Shown here in pieces: positions 1 through 5,924 of a stretch of 12,192 bases of DNA (position 1 is the first letter of the stretch; each line of letters opens with the position of its first letter). The DNA comes from a bacterium (GTDB taxonomy: Bacteria; Hinthialibacterota; Hinthialibacteria; Hinthialibacterales; Hinthialibacteraceae). A program made the translations under genes and the position numbers. The stretch spans positions 1 through 12,192 of the forward strand of contig JBHGBC010000175.1 in assembly GCA_041946805.1 (NCBI GenBank). The letters run 5' to 3'. The notes under the pieces are model-generated. The model searched no databases. It saw nothing but the letters and a program-made list of their open reading frames with translations, and was not told the origin of the DNA.

Positions 1-390
1 CGGGCGATCTGCGATTCGATCAAGACCCTCTGCGCCACGGCCAACGTCACCAAGATCGTCTCCGTGACCCGGCGCGGCAACACGGCCAAACTCATCTCCC
101 GCCTGCGCCTGCAGCCGGAGATCCTGGCGTTGACCTCGCAGGAAAAAACCTTCCGCGAACTGCACATGTATTACGGGATCCATCCGGTCATGTACCCCAA
201 CCTGCCCGGCTCGATCCGCACCGCCACCGCTGGTATGTTCCTGTTCGAAAAGGGACTGCTGGGGGAGGAGGACCTCGTGCTCTTCGCCTCGGGGGAATAC
301 AATCCCAGCAACCGCGCCACCAACACCATCCAGGTTTTGCGGGCCCGGGATCTCATTGAATATTGCAAGACGTTCGGAATACCCCAGTAA
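1..390 (+). CDS. pyk: Pyruvate kinase, C-terminal alpha/beta domain (5'-truncated by window edge)
   Basis: Frame +1 is open from base 1 (RAICDSIKTLCATANVTKIVSVTRRGNTAKLISRLR...ILALT...TFRELHMYYGIHP...GLLGEEDLVLFASG...ATNTIQV). This fits the PK_C pattern TxxGxTAxxISxxR, LxxxxGxxP and terminal TNT. Stop TAA at 388-390. Confidence 0.8.
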   Translation, partial: RAICDSIKTLCATANVTKIVSVTRRGNTAKLISRLRLQPEILALTSQEKTFRELHMYYGIHPVMYPNLPGSIRTATAGMFLFEKGLLGEEDLVLFASGEYNPSNRATNTIQVLRARDLIEYCKTFGIPQ

Positions 391-447
391 GGCGTGGTCC
401 GGGATGTATATTGAATGACGGCCCGGGGATGAGGCCTGGAGGTGATT

Positions 448-684
448 ATGGATCAAGAGAATCCACGGCGTACGGAACCAACGGAGTTTCCCCGAGTCGA
501 CCGTTCCATCGTTCTAGTGGGAACGGATCTGAATGACTCCGGCGACAAGGAATACTGGCTCCGCCGGACGCCGCTCGAGCGTCTCGAGGCGGTGGAACTT
601 CTGCGTCAGATTGCGTACGGTTATGATCCGGCTACCACCCGACTTCAAAGAATTCTTGAGATTGCTGAATTCCCACCACGTTGA
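448..684 (+). CDS. Small hypothetical protein (78 aa), putative partner/antitoxin of the downstream nucleotidyltransferase
   Basis: GGAGG at 438-442, 5 nt before ATG 448. The sequence YWLRRTPLERLEAVELLRQ resembles small proteins I recall lying upstream of this nucleotidyltransferase family. Confidence 0.7.
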   Translation: MDQENPRRTEPTEFPRVDRSIVLVGTDLNDSGDKEYWLRRTPLERLEAVELLRQIAYGYDPATTRLQRILEIAEFPPR

Positions 685-1066
685 GTATTTACTCATCGGG
701 GGATACGCGGTGGGCTATTATGGTTATCCCCGTCCCACGGGCGATATGGATATTTGGATCGCCCTGAATCCTCACAATGCTGCTGGATTGGAGAAGGCCC
801 TGGCCGATTTTGGCTTCTGTGCCGCGGATATCCCCGCCACTCTGTTCAAGGAACCGGGTAAGATTGTCCGGATGGGAGTCCCGCCGATGCGGTTGGAAAT
901 AATGACCACCATTTCGGGTGTGGAGTTTTCCAGCTGTTACGCACGACGCGTTACGGCCGAGATTGATGGGATTTCTGTAACCCTTATCGGACTGGATGAT
1001 CTGAAGATTAACAAACAGGCCAGCGGCCGGCACAAGGACCTGAACGACTTGGAACAACTGCCGTAG
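623..1066 (+). CDS. Nucleotidyltransferase (Pol beta superfamily, DUF6036-like), 147 aa
   Basis: MIRLPPDFKEFLRLLNSHHVEYLLIGGYAVGYYGYPRPTGDMDIWI carries the GG...RxTxDxD catalytic motif; the C-terminus has KxxxGRxKDxxD. Start reassigned from 533 to ATG 623 because the upstream extension looks non-coding in this frame. Confidence 0.85.
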   Translation: MIRLPPDFKEFLRLLNSHHVEYLLIGGYAVGYYGYPRPTGDMDIWIALNPHNAAGLEKALADFGFCAADIPATLFKEPGKIVRMGVPPMRLEIMTTISGVEFSSCYARRVTAEIDGISVTLIGLDDLKINKQASGRHKDLNDLEQLP

Positions 1067-1077
1067 GGAAGCCGTAT

Positions 1078-1098
1078 TTCATCCCCGCAGGGGATGAA
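1078..1098. repeat. Perfect 9-bp-stem hairpin, REP-like palindrome or possible terminator
   Basis: TTCATCCCC-GCA-GGGGATGAA starts 12 nt after the NTase stop. No poly-U tract follows. Confidence 0.5.
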
Positions 1099-1188
1099 TG
1101 TGAATAGCCGTAGGCGGCAGTTCCTGGTTTGAATGGAGAAGATACCCATCACAGCGTGATGGAATCACGCTCCCTTTAGCCCCCTCTC

Positions 1189-1218
1189 CTGGCATTCTCA
1201 TGTTTTTCAGAGTAAAAT
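1189..1218 (+). promoter_or_regulatory. Putative sigma70 promoter for the repressor-ATPase operon
   Basis: CTGGCA (1189-1194), 18-nt spacer, TAAAAT (1213-1218), immediately upstream of the operator. Confidence 0.5.
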
Positions 1219-1227
1219 CATCCATAC

Positions 1228-1253
1228 AACGATTGAGTATCTATTCAATCGTT
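1228..1253. promoter_or_regulatory. SmtB/CadC-family 12-2-12 operator
   Basis: AACGATTGAGTA-TC-TATTCAATCGTT is an 11/12 inverted repeat with the TGA...TCA core of SmtB/ArsR operators. It lies between the -10 and the RBS (GGAGA 1263-1267). Confidence 0.85.
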
Positions 1254-1277
1254 TATTTGTTCGGAGAAAGTGTCGTG

Positions 1278-1679
1278 ATGAATAAGGTTCTCAAATCCCA
1301 CAACGGCGCGCGGGATGAATGCGACGCCGTCTTTATCGACCGCCGGAAAGTGGAACGCGTGCAAAAATCGTTTCCCAGTCCGGACCTCTTCTCCTACCTG
1401 GCCTATACATTCAAGGCCTTAGGCGATCCCACACGGGTCAAAATGCTCTACGCCCTGTCCAAGGAAGAATTGTGCGTCTGCGACATGGCGGCCCTGTTCG
1501 GTGTGACCCGCTCGGCGGTTTCGCATCAACTCCGCTGTTTGCGCGACTTGCGGCTGGTCAAGTACCGGCGCGAAGGCAAGATGGTCTATTACTCGCTGGA
1601 TGACGACCACGTAACCCGGTTCCTCCGCGACGGTTTGGATCATGTGCGTGAGTTCGCGCGGGACGATAAGCGCGTGTAG
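1278..1679 (+). CDS. Metal-sensing ArsR/SmtB-family repressor (CadC/ZiaR/SmtB-like)
   Basis: FKALGDPTR, alpha3 motif ELCVCD, SAVSHQLR helix-turn-helix, REGKMVYY wing, alpha5 motif DxH-x10-H-x2-E (DDHVTRFLRDGLDHVRE) and an N-terminal Cys. Start is ATG 1278 (or GTG 1275) after the RBS; the 1200 start would run through the operator. Confidence 0.93.
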   Translation: MNKVLKSHNGARDECDAVFIDRRKVERVQKSFPSPDLFSYLAYTFKALGDPTRVKMLYALSKEELCVCDMAALFGVTRSAVSHQLRCLRDLRLVKYRREGKMVYYSLDDDHVTRFLRDGLDHVREFARDDKRV

Positions 1680-1691
1680 GACCATTGTGTC

Positions 1692-3830
1692 ATGAACAAT
1701 TCCCGCAAACGCCTGACTCTCCACGTGGAAGGTTTGGATTGCCCCAATGAAGAAAAAATCCTGCGCAAGGCGTTTCAAGGCCGCAAGGGTGTTCAGCCCC
1801 TGGCGTTCGATCTGATCCAGGGACGCATGACCGTGGAATACGATCCCGCGCTCGTTCAGCCGGAGGACATAGCGTCCTGGATCGCCGCTACGGGCATGAA
1901 GGCTTCCGGAGTGAAATCCCGCGCCTCCCGCTCCCCCTACGCGGGGGTGTCTTTCTGGCGGGGAATCGGCGGAGAATCCCCGCTGGTTCTGCTTTCTGCC
2001 GGGCTGCTGGCGGTTGCCTTCGGGCTTTGGCTGCTGGATGTCTGGGAATGGATAACATGGGCCGTTCTGACCTTTGTGCTTCTGGCCTCCGGCTGGAAAC
2101 TGGCCCCCAAGGTCTGGCTGGGCCTCCGCGCGCTGCGCTTCGACATGCATGTACTCATGGCCATCGCCGTGGCGGGTGCGATCGGCCTGGGGGAATGGTC
2201 CGAGGCGGCGATCGTGGCCTTTCTCTTCGCTCTGTCCCAGGAATTGGAAAAATACAGCATCGGGCGAGCTCAAAACGCCATCGCAAGCCTCTTCGCCCTG
2301 TCTCCCGCCACCGCGGATGTCATCCGGGAAACGGGAATCGAGAGCCACCCCGTGGAAGAAGTGCTGACCGGTGAGCGCATCTTGGTGCGTCCCGGAGGCC
2401 GCATCGCCCTGGATGGCACGGTGACGCAAGGCTCTTCCTATGTCAACGAAGCGCCGATCACCGGCGAATCGGTTCCGGTTCCCAAGGAAACGGGCAGCGC
2501 CGTGTACGCGGGAACCCTCAACCAGGATGGCGCGCTGGAAGTGCGGGTGGACAAGCGCGCCCATGAAAGCACGCTCGCGCGGGTTATCGAACTGGTGGAA
2601 AACGCCCGGGCCCGGCGCGCCCCGGTGGAACATCTCGTGGACCGTTTCGCCCGGATCTACACCCCGGCCGTCATCGCCCTGGCGGCTGTGTTGGCGGTGG
2701 CGCCCCCGTTGCTGGGAGGCCCATGGCCGGAATGGATTTACCGGTCGCTGGTCTTGCTGCTCATTTCGTGTCCCTGCGCGTTGATGATTTCCACGCCGGT
2801 ATCGTTGGTCTGCGCGCTCTCCGCGGCGGCGCGGAACGGAATCCTGATCAAGGGCGGGGCCTATCTGGAAGAAACCAGCCGGATCCGGGCCGTGGCCTTC
2901 GACAAAACCGGTACTTTGACATCCGGCCGCTTGCGGGTCGACCACGTGGTGGCGCTGAATGGTCAGCCCACGGATGAAGTGATCCGGCTGGCGGCGGCGG
3001 TGGAACACTATTCGCAACATCCTCTTGCGCGGGCGGTCGTAGCCTACGCGAATGCCCATGGCCCAGGGGAAATCCCCGAAGCCCGCGATTTCATCAGCTT
3101 CCCCGGACGGGGCGCCATGGCCGAAGTCGAAGGCCGGCGGATCCTGGTGGGCAACCACCGATTTTTCCACGAAAAAGACCTCTGTTCGGAAGAAATGCAC
3201 GTACGCATGTCACTTCATGAACCGGAGGAGAAGATCGCCGTAGGCGTGGCCGCTGATGGCATTCCCCTCGGCGCCATCCTCATCGAGGACACTGTGCGGC
3301 CCGAAGCGGCGGCCTGCGTTCAAGCGCTGAAGGAACTGAATGTCAACCGGGTGGTCCTGCTGTCCGGCGATAACGTGGGAACCACCCGGAAAGTCGCGGA
3401 CGATGTGGGAATCAGCGAAGTCCACGCGGAACTGTTGCCCCAGGATAAAGTCAGCAGGATTGAGGACTTGGTCCGAAAGCACGGCCATGTGCTGATGACC
3501 GGCGACGGAGTGAACGATGCGCCTGCTCTGGCCGCCGCCTCGATAGGCATCGCCATGGGCGCGATCGGCACGGATGTGGCCCTGGAAACCGCCCCGGTGG
3601 CGTTGATGAATGACGATCTCGGCAAAATCCCCTGGTTGATCCGCCACAGCCGCCGGACCGTGTGGATCATCGGCTGGAACATCGGTCTCGCCCTGGGAAC
3701 CAAGTTGCTGTTCGGACTTCTGGCAGTTCCGGGATGGACATCCTTGTGGATGGCGATCCTGGCCGACATGGGAACCTCGCTGCTAGTCACATTCAATGGC
3801 ATGAGATTATTGAAGGGGGAAAGAGGATGA
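1692..3830 (+). CDS. cadA: Heavy-metal translocating P1B-2 ATPase (Zn/Cd/Pb efflux, CadA/ZntA type)
   Basis: N-terminal HMA domain (GLDCPNE), TGES, transmembrane SCPCAL, DKTGT, HP motif (SQHPLA), GDGVNDAPALA, and the P1B-2 residues N-x7-K (NIGLALGTK) and ADMG. AGGA RBS overlaps the repressor stop. Confidence 0.93.
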   Translation: MNNSRKRLTLHVEGLDCPNEEKILRKAFQGRKGVQPLAFDLIQGRMTVEYDPALVQPEDIASWIAATGMKASGVKSRASRSPYAGVSFWRGIGGESPLVLLSAGLLAVAFGLWLLDVWEWITWAVLTFVLLASGWKLAPKVWLGLRALRFDMHVLMAIAVAGAIGLGEWSEAAIVAFLFALSQELEKYSIGRAQNAIASLFALSPATADVIRETGIESHPVEEVLTGERILVRPGGRIALDGTVTQGSSYVNEAPITGESVPVPKETGSAVYAGTLNQDGALEVRVDKRAHESTLARVIELVENARARRAPVEHLVDRFARIYTPAVIALAAVLAVAPPLLGGPWPEWIYRSLVLLLISCPCALMISTPVSLVCALSAAARNGILIKGGAYLEETSRIRAVAFDKTGTLTSGRLRVDHVVALNGQPTDEVIRLAAAVEHYSQHPLARAVVAYANAHGPGEIPEARDFISFPGRGAMAEVEGRRILVGNHRFFHEKDLCSEEMHVRMSLHEPEEKIAVGVAADGIPLGAILIEDTVRPEAAACVQALKELNVNRVVLLSGDNVGTTRKVADDVGISEVHAELLPQDKVSRIEDLVRKHGHVLMTGDGVNDAPALAAASIGIAMGAIGTDVALETAPVALMNDDLGKIPWLIRHSRRTVWIIGWNIGLALGTKLLFGLLAVPGWTSLWMAILADMGTSLLVTFNGMRLLKGERG

Positions 3831-3914
3831 AAGTGGTTCATCCGGCATGTGCGTACATTTTTCGGCAAAAAGCGATAGATTGCCAATCGCGGCAACCGTA
3901 GAGATCCACCCAAT

Positions 3915-3947
3915 CCCCTCTCCCTCTGGGCGAGGGCCAGGGTGAGG
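3915..3947. repeat. BoxC-like intergenic repeat
   Basis: CCCCTCTCCC-TCT-GGGCGAGGG-CCAGGGTGAGG. The reverse complement CCTCACCCTGGCCCTCGCCCAGAGGGAGAGGGG resembles the CCTCACCC..CCCTCTCCC..GGGxGAGGGG pattern of BoxC-type repeats. Confidence 0.6.
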
Positions 3948-4010
3948 AAAAGCCTAATCACCACGCTTTGACTCCCCGGATTGTGTTTACACCTCCCGAA
4001 ATCCATCTGA

Positions 4011-4059
4011 GTCCCTTTCAGGGACGTCTTTAAAGCAACCGAGGGATTCAATCCTGGGC
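4011..4059. repeat. REP-like double hairpin (degenerate)
   Basis: Perfect hairpin GTCCCT-TTC-AGGGAC (4011-4025), then an imperfect hairpin CCGAGGGAT-TCA-ATCCTGGG. Confidence 0.4.
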
Positions 4060-4175
4060 ATAATGTCTCCGGTGTACACATTTCTCGGTTGAATCATAAA
4101 AGTTATTTAATTAACTATTATTATCTATTTACTAATATATGCTGATTTAATTTCCAATTTATGGTAGCCTGTTCC

Positions 4176-4217
4176 TTGCTGTTTCGTTTATAGCTATGCT
4201 AGTATATGGTTAAAAAT
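4176..4217 (+). promoter_or_regulatory. Putative promoter and operator half-site of the second ArsR gene
   Basis: TTGCTG (4176-4181), 18-nt spacer, TAGTAT (4200-4205) with an extended TGn, overlapped by TATATGGTTAAAAAT. It sits at the end of a very AT-rich tract (about 4090-4220). Confidence 0.4.
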
Positions 4218-4240
4218 ACATCCAGGCACGGCAGAATGAC

Positions 4241-4579
4241 ATGACTATTCAAGACGATCTTAGCAACCCGGAATTTCGTGAAATGCTGGCCGAACGTATT
4301 CGGGCCTTGGGGGATCCTACCCGTATACTTCTCTTGCATGAGCTGATGAGGGGGGAAAAATGCGTCCGGGAACTGGCCGGAATCGTGGGGAAAAGCCAGG
4401 CCACGGTATCCAAACATTTGGCGATTCTTTACCGGCATGGATTTTTGCAGCATCGGCGGGAGGGTGTCCAGACTTTTTACAAAGTGGGCAATTCCGGCAT
4501 GCAGATGTTTTGTGAATTGATGTGCGAATCCCTCAAGAAGCACCTGAGTGACATGGCCAAAGTAGGTGCGGTGGAATAG
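4241..4579 (+). CDS. ArsR/SmtB-family transcriptional regulator with C-terminal CxxxC
   Basis: RALGDPTRILLL, EKCVRELA, SQATVSKHLAIL helix-turn-helix, RREG wing, and FCELMC in the last helix. It lacks the SmtB alpha5 His/Asp site. Confidence 0.9.
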   Translation: MTIQDDLSNPEFREMLAERIRALGDPTRILLLHELMRGEKCVRELAGIVGKSQATVSKHLAILYRHGFLQHRREGVQTFYKVGNSGMQMFCELMCESLKKHLSDMAKVGAVE

Positions 4580-4601
4580 ATCAGGCGGCCGGTAGCCATT
4601 C

Positions 4602-4662
4602 CTCACCGATTCATAACCGGTTGAATCCTCCGGTGGGATTGTCTTGTTTATTGATCAATAAA
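4602..4662. terminator. Hairpin/palindrome region between convergent genes, possible bidirectional terminator
   Basis: Nested inverted repeats CACCG (4604-4608)/CGGTG (4631-4635) and GATTCA/TGAATC (4608-4627), then a T-rich run and the perfect palindrome TTTATTGATCAATAAA (4647-4662). Confidence 0.35.
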
Positions 4663-4748
4663 GGAAACGGTTTTGCCCGGTCATTCCACACCACAACCAC
4701 CATCCGAGGGGTGAGAAAGCGACACGTATCCTCAACGGCATCCCTTCC

Positions 4749-5903
4749 TTACAACCCGCCCAATCCCTTTTCCTTTGTGTATTTCCGGTTATCGTCGTGG
4801 CAACCGGCGCACGAATAGGTGACACCGCCGGCCTTGGGGACCAGATTGCCGTTGGTTTCCTGCAGCGAGCCCTCATGGCAGGCCACGCAATCCGCCTGGC
4901 TGTGGACTTCATCCAAGGCCACTCCGGTGACGGCATGGTTGAAGGCTTCCGGTTTCCAGCCTTCGCCATGGCAATTGGTGCAACGATTGTCAATCTCCCG
5001 CAGATTGCCGCGCTGGATGTGGCAGTCCAGACAGTGCAGGCGGCCGTGGTAGGGTTTCAAGGGCCAACCGCTGGCGGAATGATTGAAGACATCGTTGGGA
5101 TCCCGGCCATGGCAATGCTCGCAGGCGTCGTTCTCATGGCACGCGAAGCAATGGCTATGCATGGCCTCGGGAGTGAGATCGCCCATGGGCTTCAGCTCGG
5201 CGGCGTGCTGGTCATGGCAGGCTGCGCAACCTTGCTGCTGGTGGCAATCGCCGCAATTACCGCCGTACTGATACGCATGAGTTTTGTGATGAAAGGGAAC
5301 CTTGTCGTTATCTTCGTAATTCGTGTTGTAAACAATTAAGTCCCGCATTTTAACCGGCGGATAGTGCCTGGTTGCGGAGGCGGAGACAGCGGTGCCGTTG
5401 AGCGGTCCGCCGGATTTTTTCTCATGGCAAATCGCGCAATCGGTGTTGCGGTCCCATTGGGTATGGCAGCCGACGCATTGGCGGTGATAGGCCCCCTTGA
5501 GGCCGGGCTGGGCGAGGTTCTCGTGCACGATATCCACGGGATGGCAGCTTTTGCACGAAGCGGGCATCGCGCCTTTTTCGGTATAGTGATGGCACATCTG
5601 GCAGCCCGCGGCCGTACTGGACATGTGCGCGTGAGTAGCGTGGTTGAACCGCACGGGCACGTAGAGATCCTCGATTTTCTGCAATTCATCCAGAATCACA
5701 ATCTCGGGCCCTTGCGTGGCGAGCGGAGTCAACGCCCCCAGGGGCCGGGGACAGGGTTTCAGGCAGGGATCTTCCGGCGTGGGATTGAGGCAAGAATGGC
5801 ACTGCACGCAATTCACGGCGGCGTGCTTTTGTGTCTCCGCGAAAACGGTTCCGGAGGCGCTGCTCGATACGATGAGGATCAAAAGAATGGATGATTTCGT
5901 CAT
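4749..5903 (-). CDS. Periplasmic 13-heme cytochrome c with cytochrome c3-like domains (HmcA/NhcA-like position)
   Basis: Sec-type signal peptide ending VFA; 13 CxxCH motifs counted; class III motifs VRFNHATH..CQMCHH..GLKGAYHRQCVGCH and VPFHHKTH; GAGGA RBS at 5918-5914. Confidence 0.92.
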   Translation of the reverse strand: MTKSSILLILIVSSSASGTVFAETQKHAAVNCVQCHSCLNPTPEDPCLKPCPRPLGALTPLATQGPEIVILDELQKIEDLYVPVRFNHATHAHMSSTAAGCQMCHHYTEKGAMPASCKSCHPVDIVHENLAQPGLKGAYHRQCVGCHTQWDRNTDCAICHEKKSGGPLNGTAVSASATRHYPPVKMRDLIVYNTNYEDNDKVPFHHKTHAYQYGGNCGDCHQQQGCAACHDQHAAELKPMGDLTPEAMHSHCFACHENDACEHCHGRDPNDVFNHSASGWPLKPYHGRLHCLDCHIQRGNLREIDNRCTNCHGEGWKPEAFNHAVTGVALDEVHSQADCVACHEGSLQETNGNLVPKAGGVTYSCAGCHDDNRKYTKEKGLGGL

Positions 5904-5924
5904 GATGAACTGTTCCTCGGACGG

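Noticed and set aside
425..1097. 8-bp direct repeat GGGGATGA flanking the NTase cassette as a target-site duplication
   Set aside because: Short; similar GGGATG words recur nearby (e.g. about 401 and 1312), and there is no transposase, integrase or terminal inverted repeat.
1419..3200. 593-aa minus-strand ORF
   Set aside because: Antisense shadow of the repressor and ATPase genes in GC-rich DNA; no recognisable motifs.
3320..4081. 253-aa minus-strand ORF
   Set aside because: It is cadA antisense plus a read-through of the BoxC-like and REP-like repeats (LTLALAQRERG).
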